Shown here one piece after another: positions 48,305-59,172 of a stretch of DNA of 64,000 nt (positions are counted from its first letter, which is position 1; every line of letters starts with the position of its first letter). The stretch is from an uncultured Rhizobiaceae bacterium (lineage in GTDB: Bacteria > Pseudomonadota > Alphaproteobacteria > Rhizobiales > Rhizobiaceae), in assembly GCA_964244725.1 (NCBI GenBank), contig CAXTJQ010000010.1, positions 42,695-106,694 on the forward strand, written 5' to 3'. The notes under the pieces were generated by a model that worked only from the letters and a program-made list of their open reading frames with translations, was not told the origin of the DNA and did not search any database. Position numbers and translations under genes: made by a program.

Positions 48305-48523
48305 ATGGCAGTGAATGACGGGTCCCTTTCGGGCCTTTCGGAAGCGGAAGCCAGGGAGTTCCACTCCGTTTTCATGACCAGCTTTCTGGTTTTCGTGGTG
48401 GTTGCGGTGGTTGCCCACATCCTGGCTTGGATGTGGCGTCCGTGGCTTCCCGGCCCAGGTGGTTATGCATCGCTCGACGACGGCCTGGCCCACGTCGGCG
48501 CTCTCGTGTCCATGCTGACATAA
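48305..48523 (+). CDS. pufB: LH1 beta polypeptide
   Basis: SLSGLSEAEAREFHSVF..VAHILAWMWRPW; GGAGG RBS. Confidence 0.96.
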   Translation: MAVNDGSLSGLSEAEAREFHSVFMTSFLVFVVVAVVAHILAWMWRPWLPGPGGYASLDDGLAHVGALVSMLT

Positions 48524-48535
48524 GGGGAAAGCGAA

Positions 48536-48727
48536 ATGTGGAGAATTTGGCTTCTATTCGATCCGCGCAGAACGCTGATCGCTCTGTTCACGTTCCTGTT
48601 CGTCCTGGCGCTGGTGATTCATTTCATCCTGCTCAGCACGAACCGGTTCAACTGGCTCGAAGGACCACAACCGGCGGCAGCGCCGGCGGCGTCCCTCACC
48701 ATCGAACAGACAACGAACCTAGGTTGA
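48536..48727 (+). CDS. pufA: LH1 alpha polypeptide
   Basis: [30 protein letters not shown]. Confidence 0.97.
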   Translation: MWRIWLLFDPRRTLIALFTFLFVLALVIHFILLSTNRFNWLEGPQPAAAPAASLTIEQTTNLG

Positions 48728-48762
48728 TCGGGCTTCGGCTCGATCGTCCCGACGAGAACGGC

Positions 48763-48791
48763 GCGGGCGGCCTGCGCAGGCAGCCGCCCGC
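48763..48791. terminator. pufA-pufL intercistronic stem-loop
   Basis: GCGGGCGG...CCGCCCGC GC-rich hairpin at the position where puf operons carry an mRNA-stabilising structure. Confidence 0.65.
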
Positions 48792-48852
48792 ACCCTTTCA
48801 GATGGAGCGCTGAACCGCTTCGACGAAGCCCTGCATGGGGGAGGCTCATCTC

Positions 48853-49677
48853 ATGGCGATGCTCAGTTTTGAACGCAAATACCGCGTCAGGGGCGGCACC
48901 CTTGTCGGCGGGGATCTTTTCGACTTCTGGGTCGGCCCGTTCTGGGTCGGCTTCTTCGGCGTGACGACGATCTTCTTTTCCGCGCTCGGCATCGCTCTGA
49001 TCGCATATGGCGCCGCGCTCGGACCGACGTGGAACCTCTGGCAGATATCGATCAATCCGCCGGCGGCCGAATATGGCCTGAGCTTCGCGCCGCTCAAGCA
49101 AGGCGGCCTCTGGCAGGTGATCACGATCTGTGCGCTCGGCGCGTTCGGTTCATGGGCGCTCCGGCAGGCGGAAATCGCCCGCAAGCTCGGCATGGGCATG
49201 CACATCCCCTGGGCCTTCAGCTTCGCCATCCTGGCCTATTTTACGCTGGTCGTCATCCGGCCGGTGCTGCTCGGGGCCTGGGCGAACGCCTTTCCCTACG
49301 GCATCATCACCCATCTCGATTGGGTGTCGAACACTGGCTACCAATACGGCAATTTCCACTACAACCCGGTCCACATGATCGCCGTGACCTTCTTCTTCAC
49401 CAACTGCCTGGCGCTGGCGCTGCACGGGTCGCTGATCCTGTCGGCGGCCAATCCGAAGAAGGGCGAGTTCGTCAAGACCGCCGAACACGAGAACACCTAT
49501 TTTCGCGACACGATCGGCTACTCGATCGGCACGCTGGGCATCCACCGACTCGGCCTGTTCCTGGCCGTTTCCGCATCCTTCTGGAGCGCGGTCTGCATCG
49601 TGATCTCCGGACCGCTCTGGGCCGAAGGCTGGCCGGAATGGTGGGACTGGTGGCAGCGCATCCCGATCTGGAAGTGA
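48853..49677 (+). CDS. pufL: Reaction centre L subunit
   Basis: [31 protein letters not shown] and HGSLILS. Confidence 0.98.
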   Translation: MAMLSFERKYRVRGGTLVGGDLFDFWVGPFWVGFFGVTTIFFSALGIALIAYGAALGPTWNLWQISINPPAAEYGLSFAPLKQGGLWQVITICALGAFGSWALRQAEIARKLGMGMHIPWAFSFAILAYFTLVVIRPVLLGAWANAFPYGIITHLDWVSNTGYQYGNFHYNPVHMIAVTFFFTNCLALALHGSLILSAANPKKGEFVKTAEHENTYFRDTIGYSIGTLGIHRLGLFLAVSASFWSAVCIVISGPLWAEGWPEWWDWWQRIPIWK

Positions 49678-49692
49678 GGGGAGGACAGGACA

Positions 49693-50616
49693 ATGGCTGA
49701 GTACCAAAACATCTTCACACGCGTCCAGGTCCGGGGCGGAGCCGACTACGGCGTGCCGATGGCGCCCGGGATCTGGACCCGACAGGGCACGCCGACTTTC
49801 TCCTACTGGCTGGGCAAGTTCGGCGACGCCCAGATCGGCCCGCTCTACCTCGGCACGCTCGGCCTCGCCTCGCTGATGTGCGGCTTCGTCGCGATCGAGA
49901 TCATCGGGCTCAACATGCTCGCCTCGGTCAATTGGGACCCGCAGGAGTTTATCAAGCAGTTCTTCTGGCTGCAGCTCGCCCCGCCGCTGCCCGAGCATGG
50001 GCTGAAGATCATCCCGCCGCTCAAGGAAGGCGGCTGGTGGCTGATGGCCGGCTTCTTCCTCACCTCCTCCATCCTTTTGTGGTGGGCGCGGATGTATCGC
50101 AGGGCGCGGGCGCTCGGCATGGGTACGCACGTCCCCTGGGCGTTCGCGGCGGCGATCTGGCTCTATCTCGTTCTCGGCTTCATCCGGCCCGTGCTGATGG
50201 GGTCGTGGAGCGAGGCGGTGCCCTTCGGCGTCTTCCCGCATCTCGACTGGACGAACAATTTTTCGCTCAACCACGGCAATCTCTTCTACAATCCCTTCCA
50301 CATGCTCTCGATCGTCTTCCTCTACGGTTCGGCGGTGCTGTTCGCCATGCATGGCGCGACCATCCTGGCCGTAAGCCGGCTTGGCGGCGAGCGCGAGATC
50401 GAGCAGATCGTCGATCGCGGTACGGCGGCCGAGCGGGCGGCCCTGTTCTGGAGGTGGACGATGGGCTTCAACGCGACGTTCGAGTCCATCCACCGCTGGG
50501 CCTGGTGGTTCGCGATCCTCTGCCCGCTCTGCGGCGGCATCGGCATCCTGCTCAGCGGAACGGTCGTCGACAACTGGTTCGAGTGGGGCCAGAAACACGG
50601 CCTCGCGCCGATGTAG
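49693..50616 (+). CDS. pufM: Reaction centre M subunit
   Basis: [36 protein letters not shown] and [12 protein letters not shown]. Confidence 0.98.
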   Translation: MAEYQNIFTRVQVRGGADYGVPMAPGIWTRQGTPTFSYWLGKFGDAQIGPLYLGTLGLASLMCGFVAIEIIGLNMLASVNWDPQEFIKQFFWLQLAPPLPEHGLKIIPPLKEGGWWLMAGFFLTSSILLWWARMYRRARALGMGTHVPWAFAAAIWLYLVLGFIRPVLMGSWSEAVPFGVFPHLDWTNNFSLNHGNLFYNPFHMLSIVFLYGSAVLFAMHGATILAVSRLGGEREIEQIVDRGTAAERAALFWRWTMGFNATFESIHRWAWWFAILCPLCGGIGILLSGTVVDNWFEWGQKHGLAPM

Positions 50617-50646
50617 CGCGACGCCCTGGCCCTCGCGCCAAGACAG

Positions 50647-50676
50647 GAGGGCCTGTCCGATCCGGGCAGGCCTCTC
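50647..50676. terminator. Stem-loop downstream of pufM
   Basis: GAGGGCCTGTCCG-ATC-CGGGCAGGCCTCTC imperfect inverted repeat starting about 30 bp after the stop. Confidence 0.55.
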
Positions 50677-50749
50677 GCCGATGCCTGTCTGACATTCGTC
50701 TTGTTCGACATTGCCTGCCGCGGCAGGATTTGATCGGGAGAATGGCGCC

Positions 50750-51718
50750 ATGTCCTACTATTCGATCACGATCCGACGGGTATCGAATGGGTCGTTCACC
50801 GACGCGCTCGATATCGGCTCGGTCCGCTACCTGAAAATTCCCGACGGCGCCCGCATTCCGACGCCCGCCCACGCGATCGCCAGGACGGACTGGGTCAAGG
50901 ATATCCTTGCGCTGTTCAGCGCCGAGAGTGCGAAGCCGAGCGGCGACGTGGCGTTCTTCGTGCACGGATACAACAACACGCTGGACAATATCTGGAAGCA
51001 CCAGAAACAGCTTCACGCGGGCATCAACCGCGACGGCTTCAAATGTCCGGTCATCGCCTTTGACTGGCCGAGCGACGCGGCGACGATCGCCTACCTCGAC
51101 GATCTCGACCATGCGGTAAAAACGTCGTTGCTGCTCGTCAACAGCGCCATCAAGCTTTTCGTCGCGACGCTTCGCCAGGACTGCGATATCCGGGTCCATG
51201 TCGTCGGGCACTCGATGGGGGCGTTTCTCATTCGTGAGGCTTTCGACCATGCCGATGGCGGCTCGACGGCGGGCGCGAACTGGACGGCGGGCCAGCTCGC
51301 CCTTTTCGCGGGCGACGCAAGCGCGACGAAATTTTCGAAGACCAATACGGAGACGGAAAGTCTCTACCGCCACTGCTACAGGCTGACGAACTACTTCAGC
51401 GGCTATGACGAGGTGCTGCAGATATCCAACGTCAAGCGCCTCGGCTTCGCGCCGCGTGTCGGTCGCATCGGTCTGCCGCCCGACGCGCCGGCCAAGGCCG
51501 CGAACGTCGACTGTTCGCGACACTATGCCGAACGCTACGGGATAGCCGGACAGCCGCTTTCAAAAACGCATTCCTGGTATTTCGAAGACGACGATTTCCT
51601 GCACGACCTCCGGCTGACCCTTCGCGGCGCCATCGACAGGTTCAAGATTCCGACTCGCGCCAACGGCCCCTTGGGTGAGCAGGAACTGCTGACCGGCGTT
51701 CGCAGCGGCGGCGCGTGA
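50750..51718 (+). CDS. DUF900-like alpha/beta hydrolase
   Basis: FFVHGYNN, AFDWPS, HVVGHSMG, RLTNYFSGYD.VL.ISNVKR and H-SWYF motifs; start MSYYS at 50750. Confidence 0.8.
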   Translation: MSYYSITIRRVSNGSFTDALDIGSVRYLKIPDGARIPTPAHAIARTDWVKDILALFSAESAKPSGDVAFFVHGYNNTLDNIWKHQKQLHAGINRDGFKCPVIAFDWPSDAATIAYLDDLDHAVKTSLLLVNSAIKLFVATLRQDCDIRVHVVGHSMGAFLIREAFDHADGGSTAGANWTAGQLALFAGDASATKFSKTNTETESLYRHCYRLTNYFSGYDEVLQISNVKRLGFAPRVGRIGLPPDAPAKAANVDCSRHYAERYGIAGQPLSKTHSWYFEDDDFLHDLRLTLRGAIDRFKIPTRANGPLGEQELLTGVRSGGA

Positions 51719-51724
51719 TCGGTT

Positions 51725-52291
51725 TCAGGCGGCGGGGCGCAGCGCGAGTTCGCTCCAGCGGTCAAGGTAGATCCTGAGCCAAGGGGTGAAATCCCATGGC
51801 CGGCTTGCGACGGTTGCGAGCAGCTCGTCATGCGAGACCCAGCGGACCTCGGAAACCTCGGAGGGATCGAAATCCCTGACCGGAAACGGCGCGGCAAAAT
51901 CGCCGCGAAACACGTGTACGCGTTCGTTCTCGACAAGTCCGCCGCCCACGTCCGCCTTATAGTCAACCACGGCGCAGTGCAGAAGCGCGGGGGCAAGTCC
52001 GACCTCCTCGGCAAGCCGCCGCCGCGCGCAGTCGGCGACGCTCTCGTCCCAGTGCGGATGGGTGCAGCACGTGTTGGCCCATAAGCCTCCGCAGTGATAT
52101 TTGCCGATCGCGCGGCGCTGGATCAGGAGCCGGTCGCCCGCGAAGACGAAGACGGAGACGGCGAGGTGCTTCTGGCCGCGTTTGTGCGCGTCGAGCTTGC
52201 CGATCGCAAACAGCGTATCGTCGGCCGCGATCGCCGGGATGACGAGATCCTCGTCGGCCTGAGGAAAGGCGATGTCGGCCCTTGCGCCCAC
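51725..52291 (-). CDS. idi: Isopentenyl-diphosphate delta-isomerase (type 1, Nudix)
   Basis: KLDAH..HLAVSVFVF, QRRA..KYHCGGLWANTCCTHP, ENERVHVF and FTPWLRIY; GTG start assumed at 52291. Confidence 0.92.
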   Translation of the reverse strand: MGARADIAFPQADEDLVIPAIAADDTLFAIGKLDAHKRGQKHLAVSVFVFAGDRLLIQRRAIGKYHCGGLWANTCCTHPHWDESVADCARRRLAEEVGLAPALLHCAVVDYKADVGGGLVENERVHVFRGDFAAPFPVRDFDPSEVSEVRWVSHDELLATVASRPWDFTPWLRIYLDRWSELALRPAA

Positions 52292-52301
52292 TCGCAATGC
52301 C

Positions 52302-53516
52302 TCAGGCGACCGCGCGCGCGATCGCGCAGCGCGACCACAATTCGCCCAGCGCATCGATCAGGTGATCGATATCGGCGTCGGTATGCAGCGGCGAGGGCGT
52401 GATGCGCAGCCGCTCCGTCTTGCGCGGCACGGTCGGGTAGTTGATCGGCTGCACGTAGATGCCGTAATGATCGAGCAGCAGATCGCTGATCCATTTGCAT
52501 TTTGCCGCGTCGCCGACCATGACCGGGACGATATGGCTCGGATTGGGCATATAGGGGATGCCGAGCCGTTCCAGCCGAGAGCGCACCTTGCGCACCCGAT
52601 CCTGGTGGCGGGCGCGCTCGAACGGGCTGTTCTTCAGGTGCCGGATCGACGCGAGCGCGCCGGCCGCGATCGCCGGCGGCAGCGCCGTCGTGAAGATGAA
52701 TCCGCTGGCGAAGGATCGAATGAAATCGCACAGCGCGGCCGAGCCCGTGATGTAGCCTCCGACGACGCCGAACGCCTTGCCGAGCGTGCCCTCGATAAGG
52801 GTGACGCGGTCCATCAGGCCTTCGCGCTCGGCCACGCCGCCGCCGCCCGGGCCGTAGAGGCCGACGCCGTGGACTTCGTCCAGATAGGTCATGGCCCCGT
52901 GTTTCTCGGCGACATCGAGGATCTCGCGGATCGGAGCGATGTCCCCGTCCATCGAATAGACGCTCTCGAAGGCGACGAGCTTGGGTACGTCAGCGCCGTA
53001 TTCCGACAGCATTCGATCGAGATCCTTCGGATCATTGTGTCTCCAGAGGCGCTTTTCCGCGCGGGAATGGCGGATGCCCTCGATCATCGAGGCGTGGTTG
53101 CCCTCGTCCGAGAAGATCACGCAGCCGGGGATGTTGGCGCCCAGCGTCGACAGCGTCGCCCAGTTGGATACATAGCCGGAGGTGAACAGCAGCGCCGCTT
53201 CCTTGTGGTGCAGGTCGGCCAGCTCGCGCTCGAGCAGCACGTGGTAGTGGTTGGTGCCGGAAATGTTTCGCGTGCCGCCCGCGCCGGCGCCGCATTTGTC
53301 GAGCGCCTCGTGCATAGCCGCGATCACCTTCGGATGCTGGCCCATCCCGAGATAGTCGTTGGAGCACCAGACGGTCACGTCGCTCGTGCCGCCGTCGCTG
53401 TAGCGCGTGGCGCGCGGGAACGATCCGGACTGGCGCTCGAGTTCGGCGAAGATCCTGTAGCGGCCTTCCTTGTGGAGGCCGTCGAGCTTCGTGGCGAAAT
53501 GGGCTTCGAAGTTCAT
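52302..53516 (-). CDS. hemA: 5-aminolevulinate synthase
   Basis: [40 protein letters not shown] (PLP Lys) and VQPINYPTV. Confidence 0.97.
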   Translation of the reverse strand: MNFEAHFATKLDGLHKEGRYRIFAELERQSGSFPRATRYSDGGTSDVTVWCSNDYLGMGQHPKVIAAMHEALDKCGAGAGGTRNISGTNHYHVLLERELADLHHKEAALLFTSGYVSNWATLSTLGANIPGCVIFSDEGNHASMIEGIRHSRAEKRLWRHNDPKDLDRMLSEYGADVPKLVAFESVYSMDGDIAPIREILDVAEKHGAMTYLDEVHGVGLYGPGGGGVAEREGLMDRVTLIEGTLGKAFGVVGGYITGSAALCDFIRSFASGFIFTTALPPAIAAGALASIRHLKNSPFERARHQDRVRKVRSRLERLGIPYMPNPSHIVPVMVGDAAKCKWISDLLLDHYGIYVQPINYPTVPRKTERLRITPSPLHTDADIDHLIDALGELWSRCAIARAVA

Positions 53517-53565
53517 GGGTATTCCCCCTGCCATTGACTTCCGGCTCGGCCGGTCGTTTGCGCCT

Positions 53566-54441
53566 TCACGCGGTCGATCGATGCGCCGAACGCAGGTTTG
53601 CGATCGGCGCGGGCGAGTAGTGTTTGATGTGGTCGTGCTTGTGATCGTGGTCGCGACGCAGCGCGTCCGGCGCGGGGGTGGGGACCTCGCGTGATTTCAT
53701 GCTCCAGTTCCACATGGCTTCGGCCGGCACCGGCAGGACCAGGAACCAGTGTTCCAGAATCGCCAGTGTCAGCATGGTCGACAGGAAGGTGAAGCCGGCC
53801 TGGCGGAACGGATCGGCGGCGATCACCGCCTCGGTCGCCAGCACCGCGCAAATGACCGTCGAGATCGTCACCGAAAACGGAAAGAGAAGGTTCATCGGCT
53901 TGTTGTTGAGGAAACTCTTGAGATAGGCGAGGTGGGGCGGCAGGAAATGCGCATTGAGGTTGCGCACGCCAAGGAACACGTTGAGCCGCGCGCTTTCGTG
54001 CATCCACCACAGGATCACGAAGGTCCACAAGCCGATCTCGTTGGCCCCGCCCCAGGTCAGCGCGGCGACGACGGCGAACGACGCCAGGATCGCCAGCTCG
54101 TGCCAGAGGCTGACCTGCACCGCATGGCCGAAATGCGCCCAGCCCGAGCAGCCGTCCTCGCAGGCGTGATTGCGTGGTCCGGTGACATAGCCCATGTAGA
54201 AACTGATCTCGTGCCAGGCCCAGGCCGCCAGCGCCGACGCGAAGGCGACATAGGCGCCCTGCACCGTGGTGTCGCCGCTCGATGCGAAAAGCCCGTAGAA
54301 GGCGGCGCCGAGCAGGACGGTCGCGCCGATCATGCTCCACTTGAACGTCCTGACCGGCAGCCCGTCCAGATAGATGATCGCCCCGGTGGAGAACCACCAG
54401 GTGAAGAGCGCGAACAGGATCGGACAGAGATAGGCTGCCAC
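53566..54441 (-). CDS. puhE: Photosynthetic complex assembly protein PuhE
   Basis: [38 protein letters not shown]; position after acsF. Confidence 0.9.
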   Translation of the reverse strand: MAAYLCPILFALFTWWFSTGAIIYLDGLPVRTFKWSMIGATVLLGAAFYGLFASSGDTTVQGAYVAFASALAAWAWHEISFYMGYVTGPRNHACEDGCSGWAHFGHAVQVSLWHELAILASFAVVAALTWGGANEIGLWTFVILWWMHESARLNVFLGVRNLNAHFLPPHLAYLKSFLNNKPMNLLFPFSVTISTVICAVLATEAVIAADPFRQAGFTFLSTMLTLAILEHWFLVLPVPAEAMWNWSMKSREVPTPAPDALRRDHDHKHDHIKHYSPAPIANLRSAHRSTA

Positions 54442-54453
54442 GCGTCGACCTTC

Positions 54454-55521
54454 CTACCAGACCGGCTGCATGCGGCTCGTGTCCGGCAATGCGTTGCCTT
54501 TGGCCGGGATCAGGAACAGGCCGGCGAAGATGCGCGCCGCAGACAGTCCTAATCCAAGGCGCTTCGCGCGCGCGAAAAATCCCGTCTCCTTCGCCATGGC
54601 CGAGGCCTTGTCGTTGATGACACGAAGTTTCTCCAGACCCTTGCGGAAGCGCGGGTGATCGATGTCGAGAACCAGGGGAAACACCTGCCGTGTGATTTCG
54701 TTGGTCAGGTGGAAGACCTTGTAGTCGTATTCGGTCGGGTCGATGCCCACCGCCTTGTGAAACTCCGGCCGGGCATGGTCGCGCACGTACATGGTGGCGT
54801 AGACCGCGAGCAGGAAGAATTTCACCCAGAGCTTGTTGATGCCCCGGAGATAGCTCGGGTTGGCGCGCATCAGCAGCGCGAACGCCTCGCCGTGCCGGAA
54901 CTCGTCGTTGCACCACTTATCGAACCATTTGAAGATCGGGTGGAAGCGGCGTTCCGGATGGCGCTCGAAGTGGCGGAAGATCGTGATGTAACGGGCGTAG
55001 CCGATCTTTTCCGACAGATACGTGGCGTAGAAGATGAATTTGGGCCTGAAGTAGGTGTATTTCTTGGCCTTGGTCAGGAAACCGAGATTGACGCCGATCC
55101 CCTGTTCCTTCAACGCGTCGTTGATGAAGCCGGCGTGGCGCGCCTCGTCGCGGCTCATATAGGAGAACAGGCGCACGATCTCGGGATTCTTGCCGCGCTT
55201 CTTCATCTCCTTGTAGAGGACGCATCCCGAGAATTCGGCCGTCAGCGAGGAGACCATGAAATCGGTGAACTCGTTTCGCAGGCCTTCCGGCAGCGTTTCG
55301 AAGCTCATGCTGTCCCAGTCTTCGCTACGCTTGAAATGGCCCCTGTTGGGATCGCTCTCCATCTCGGACAGCAATTCGTCCCATTCCTTGCGCACGCCCG
55401 AGATGTCCATCCTGTCGAGCGCGTCGAAATCGGTGGTGTAGAAGCGCGGCGAAAGCAGCGTGGACTCGCGCGCCATGCCGTCGGTGTCCGAAGCGCGCAG
55501 CGACATTTTTTCGATGGTCAT
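54454..55521 (-). CDS. acsF: O2-dependent Mg-protoporphyrin IX monomethyl ester cyclase
   Basis: [46 protein letters not shown] and WCNDEFRHG di-iron motifs. Confidence 0.97.
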   Translation of the reverse strand: MTIEKMSLRASDTDGMARESTLLSPRFYTTDFDALDRMDISGVRKEWDELLSEMESDPNRGHFKRSEDWDSMSFETLPEGLRNEFTDFMVSSLTAEFSGCVLYKEMKKRGKNPEIVRLFSYMSRDEARHAGFINDALKEQGIGVNLGFLTKAKKYTYFRPKFIFYATYLSEKIGYARYITIFRHFERHPERRFHPIFKWFDKWCNDEFRHGEAFALLMRANPSYLRGINKLWVKFFLLAVYATMYVRDHARPEFHKAVGIDPTEYDYKVFHLTNEITRQVFPLVLDIDHPRFRKGLEKLRVINDKASAMAKETGFFARAKRLGLGLSAARIFAGLFLIPAKGNALPDTSRMQPVW

Positions 55522-55814
55522 AGCTTTTCTCCCGATGAGAAGCTGAACTCCAACAGTTCCATGAACTCGAAATCGCCCGTCATTTTGACCCACAGGCGCT
55601 CCGGCGCGCTCGCGCGGGTCACCGTCGCCATGCGGCGCAAGGTCCGCCGCTCGCCGTAGGGCACGACGATCTCGCCGCCCTGGACATGCACCTCGTCGCC
55701 CGGCCCCACGGTCAGGCCGTCCAGTTCCACATGGGCGTGCAGGCTCTCCCACGTATGCTCGATCTCGATGGTGCAGGGCACCTCGATCGTCTTGCTGCGC
55801 AAGGCCTCGATCAT
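55518..55814 (-). CDS. bciE: Accessory subunit of the alphaproteobacterial aerobic cyclase
   Basis: 98 aa, [40 protein letters not shown]; overlaps the acsF start, the known bciE position. Confidence 0.82.
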   Translation of the reverse strand: MIEALRSKTIEVPCTIEIEHTWESLHAHVELDGLTVGPGDEVHVQGGEIVVPYGERRTLRRMATVTRASAPERLWVKMTGDFEFMELLEFSFSSGEKL

Positions 55815-56269
55815 TGTGTCGTCCTCCCATGGTCGAGAAGTTGGGCGAAAACGCCTTCGTTGGACGGCCCGAACGCGTTGAGCAGCATCGACCGGCCGGT
55901 CAGCCTGTCTTGAAGCAGGAGGTCGCCGTCCGTCATGCGCAGGAGCGTGAACGGGACGTCGCTGCCCAAGCCGCGCGCCTTGCGCTCGCTGGCGAAGCTG
56001 CGCATCGTGACGCGGATGAAACCGCCGCCGCCGGGCGCGATGCGTTCCACCTCGGCGCCGCTGGCCGCATCGATCGCAACCACGGAGCCGTCGGTCTGGT
56101 CGACGAATTTCAGTTCCATCGCCTGCGTGATCGAGGCAGGGTCGACGACCTCGACCGTCTTGTAATGCCGTCCGAGGACGGCGAGCCCGATCGACATCGC
56201 GATCAACGCCCCTCCGGCCATCGCCGGCTTTCGCTGCGGGTCGCGGAACGGTTTGGCGGTCGCGTTCAT
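55811..56269 (-). CDS. puhC: Photosynthetic complex assembly protein PuhC
   Basis: [16 protein letters not shown]...ER..RG and L.DRLTGR...LNAFGPSN motifs. Confidence 0.92.
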   Translation of the reverse strand: MNATAKPFRDPQRKPAMAGGALIAMSIGLAVLGRHYKTVEVVDPASITQAMELKFVDQTDGSVVAIDAASGAEVERIAPGGGGFIRVTMRSFASERKARGLGSDVPFTLLRMTDGDLLLQDRLTGRSMLLNAFGPSNEGVFAQLLDHGRTTQ

Positions 56270-56279
56270 GCAATCTCTC

Positions 56280-56951
56280 CTATGCGGTCGCCGTCGCGCC
56301 GGACGGCGCTGCCGGGCTCGGACGCACGGCCGCGCCGCGGGGCGCTGTCTGCAGGCGATGGCCGCCGTCGACTTCGAGCGCCCTTGTCAGCATCCGGGCG
56401 ACGCCATCGATGTCCGTCAGGCATCGCAGCAGGGGCTGCGGGTTGCTGAAGGTCCATGGCCGCACGTTCGGCCACAACACCAGCCAGGCGATGCGGTTGG
56501 GCTTGGTGACCGCCAGCGCGATGCAGCCGGCGCCGGCCGGCTGCTTGCCGACCGACGCGGTATCGATCAGCGCCAGCGGCAGGTTGAGCGTTACAGGCAG
56601 CGCCAGTCCGGTGCGGATCACGATGCGCTTGCTGGTCAGCGTGTAGATGGTGCCGTTGGCATAGAAATAGGCGAGCGCGCAGAGAATGCCGACCGCCGCG
56701 GCCCCGAGCCCGACGACCGAGGCCGAAAGGGCGGTCATGCGCGCCAGCGATTCGCCTGCGCGCCAGGCCGACGTGAGTTCCCAGGCGAGAAGCAGCCCGA
56801 AATAGACGGCGACCTTGCGGACATGAAAGACCGAGACGGCCAGGGCGCGCCATTCCGGCGAGCCCTGCCAGAGCATGGCCTCGCCCTTCGGCAGATGATC
56901 GGGCAGGCCGGGGACCGGTTCGAAGGCGAAGTCGTCATGGTCCTCGGTCAC
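56280..56951 (-). CDS. puhB: Photosynthetic complex assembly protein PuhB
   Basis: DFAFEPVPGLPDHLPKGE..LWQGSP, YTLTSKRIV and LWPNVRPW. Confidence 0.93.
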   Translation of the reverse strand: MTEDHDDFAFEPVPGLPDHLPKGEAMLWQGSPEWRALAVSVFHVRKVAVYFGLLLAWELTSAWRAGESLARMTALSASVVGLGAAAVGILCALAYFYANGTIYTLTSKRIVIRTGLALPVTLNLPLALIDTASVGKQPAGAGCIALAVTKPNRIAWLVLWPNVRPWTFSNPQPLLRCLTDIDGVARMLTRALEVDGGHRLQTAPRGAAVRPSPAAPSGATATA

Positions 56952-57724
56952 AGCAGCGGCTCCGCGCGTTTGGCTGTGGCGTAGAGGTTGCCGCCGGCGA
57001 AATAGGCGCAGATGCGATCCTCCTCGAGGAAGGTGACCTGATCGGGCGACTTGGTGCGCGGCGCCTGGCCGAACTGTTCCGCCAGGATCGAGCGGATCCG
57101 GATGCTGCGGCCCTTGATGCTGTCGCCGACGATTTTGGCGAGATTCATCGGCGCCAGCAACGGACCGGCTCCCGGGCCGGCGTCGATCTCGAGGTAGCGC
57201 ACGACATGCTCGGCCCGGTCCACCCAGACATCGACGACGGTTCCGGCGACGCGGTGGTCCGCGCCGGTGACCGTCATGCCGCGCGGATCGGGGTCGCCGC
57301 TCGCCACCGTGTAGTGAGGGTCGGCGCGCGAGGGCACGATCTTGATCTTGTTGTCCCAGGTCGTGTCGGGATAGTCGGCCCGCTCTGCCCAGGCCGCCGG
57401 TCCGACGCCGTCGACCAGCGGATTGCCGGTCGGCACGAGCGGAGCGCCCGGCCAGTTGCCGACGCGGCGCGCCGCGACCGGCCGCTCGTCGCGGCGGAAG
57501 TTCGGCGCGGTGAACGTTTCGCCGCCGCGGGTCCGGAAGATCTTCGGCTTGGCGTAGAGCAGCCCGATGCCGCGATCCTTGACCGCGCCGCTCGGATCGG
57601 ATTCCAGCGGATAGCCTTCGCGGCGGTCTTCCCTTCGCAGCCAGAAGACCAGCGCGAAGAAGAATGCCCAGAAGACGTAGAGCGCAATCTGCGCCACGTC
57701 GATATAGCCTGTGATGTTGCGCAT
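56948..57724 (-). CDS. puhA: Reaction centre H subunit
   Basis: YIDVAQIALYVFW..LRREDRREGYPL, PTGNPLVDGVGPA and QVTFLEED.I.AYFAGG. Confidence 0.97.
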   Translation of the reverse strand: MRNITGYIDVAQIALYVFWAFFFALVFWLRREDRREGYPLESDPSGAVKDRGIGLLYAKPKIFRTRGGETFTAPNFRRDERPVAARRVGNWPGAPLVPTGNPLVDGVGPAAWAERADYPDTTWDNKIKIVPSRADPHYTVASGDPDPRGMTVTGADHRVAGTVVDVWVDRAEHVVRYLEIDAGPGAGPLLAPMNLAKIVGDSIKGRSIRIRSILAEQFGQAPRTKSPDQVTFLEEDRICAYFAGGNLYATAKRAEPLL

Positions 57725-57741
57725 CGGTCCCTCCTTGGTGT

Positions 57742-59172
57742 TCAGCCGGGAAATTCGGCGAGGCCGAATTTCCGTTGGTTTTCCGGTTCGGTCACGTAGC
57801 GGACCAGCGGTCCGACCGCGATCAGCGTCGCGAAAAGCAAAGCGATTTCGATATGGTAGACGACGCCGTAGGCCGCGTCGCGATGCGCGAAGGCGGGCCC
57901 GAGCAGGCCGCGCTCCGCCAACGCCTGGACGATGTCGCGCAGCGCCCCGCCGGCGCCGACGGCAAGCCCCATCGCCGTGGCCTGCACTGCCCCCCAGGCG
58001 CCGAGCGCGATGCCGCTGTCGCTGTCGCGAGCCAGATCCATCGCGGCCGTCAGCATGCCGACTGCGAAAAGACCGCCCCCGAAGCCGATCATGATGCTGC
58101 CGGCGCGGAAAAACGCGACCGATTCGAGCGGCGCCGAAATGATGACGCAGGCGAAGGCCGGCAGTCCGGCGAGCGCGCCGAAGGCTGCGAGCCGGCACGG
58201 GTCGAGACCCGCCGCAAGCCCGCGCGCCGCCAGCGCCAGCCCGGCGATCGTGCCGCAGGCCATCAGGGCGGTCAGCATCGTCGTCGCCGCGACGCCGAGG
58301 TGCAGGACCTGGCCGCCATATGGCTCGAGCAGCACGTCCTGCATCGAGAAGGCGGCGGTGCCCAGGCCCACCGTGATGAGCAGGCGCCGCGCGCGCTGCG
58401 AACTCGCGAACACGGACCAGGAATCGCGGAACGCCGGGCGGTCGCGTTTCGGATCGGTGCGATGCGGGTTGCGCGCTTCCTGCTTCCAGAGCGCGATGAC
58501 GTTGAGCGCCATGGTGATGACCGCCGCGCCCTGTACGACCTGGATCAGCCGAAGGTGGCTGAAGTTCGAGAGCGCCGCCGAGAAGAACAAGGCTGAAAAC
58601 AGCATGCCGACCAAAAGCATGACGTAGAGCAGCGCCACGACCCGCGGACGTGTGCGGTCGGGTGCGAGGTCGCAGGCAAGCGCCAGTCCGGCGGTCTGCG
58701 TCGTATGGATGCCCGCGCCGACCAGCAGGAAGGCGAGCCCAGCGCCGATCTCGCCGGCATAGGGCACGGCGGCGGCGCCTTGGCCCGTGAGCACCAGGAG
58801 GGCGAACGGCATCACGGCGAAGCCGCCGAACTGCAGCATGGTGCCCATCCAGATATAGGGGACGCGGCGCCACCCGAGGAAGGACCGGTGCGTGTCGGAT
58901 CTGTGGCCGATCAGCGCGCGGGCCGGCGCGAACACGATCGGCAGCGCCACCATGAAGGCGACCACCGAAGCCGGCACGCCGAGCTCGACGATCATGACCC
59001 GGTTGAGCGTCCCGGTCAGCAGCACCATCGCCATGCCGACCGAAACCTGGAACAGCGACAGGCGGATAATCCGCGACAGCGGCAGGTCCTCGCTGGCCGC
59101 ATCGGCGAACGGCAGGAACCGGGTTCCCACCTTTCCCCACTGCCGGGCAAGTCTGGCGCCGCCGATGATCAT
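57742..59172 (-). CDS. lhaA: LhaA (PucC/BCD-family MFS) LH1 assembly protein
   Basis: FLPFADAAS..LP..RIIRLSLFQVSVGM, TLNRVMIVEL and QDVLLEPYGG; ATGA overlap with bchM. Confidence 0.92.
   Translation of the reverse strand: MIIGGARLARQWGKVGTRFLPFADAASEDLPLSRIIRLSLFQVSVGMAMVLLTGTLNRVMIVELGVPASVVAFMVALPIVFAPARALIGHRSDTHRSFLGWRRVPYIWMGTMLQFGGFAVMPFALLVLTGQGAAAVPYAGEIGAGLAFLLVGAGIHTTQTAGLALACDLAPDRTRPRVVALLYVMLLVGMLFSALFFSAALSNFSHLRLIQVVQGAAVITMALNVIALWKQEARNPHRTDPKRDRPAFRDSWSVFASSQRARRLLITVGLGTAAFSMQDVLLEPYGGQVLHLGVAATTMLTALMACGTIAGLALAARGLAAGLDPCRLAAFGALAGLPAFACVIISAPLESVAFFRAGSIMIGFGGGLFAVGMLTAAMDLARDSDSGIALGAWGAVQATAMGLAVGAGGALRDIVQALAERGLLGPAFAHRDAAYGVVYHIEIALLFATLIAVGPLVRYVTEPENQRKFGLAEFPG

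Noticed and set aside
50617-50749. Possible small pufX-like ORF after pufM
   Set aside because: No suitable start/RBS with a hydrophobic helix was found in this 133-bp gap; it contains a hairpin.
56948-59140. 730-aa ORF suggesting an LhaA-PuhA fusion
   Set aside because: The upstream part is in a different frame from lhaA and is low-complexity; lhaA stops at 57742 and puhA has its own GGAGG RBS and ATG at 57724.
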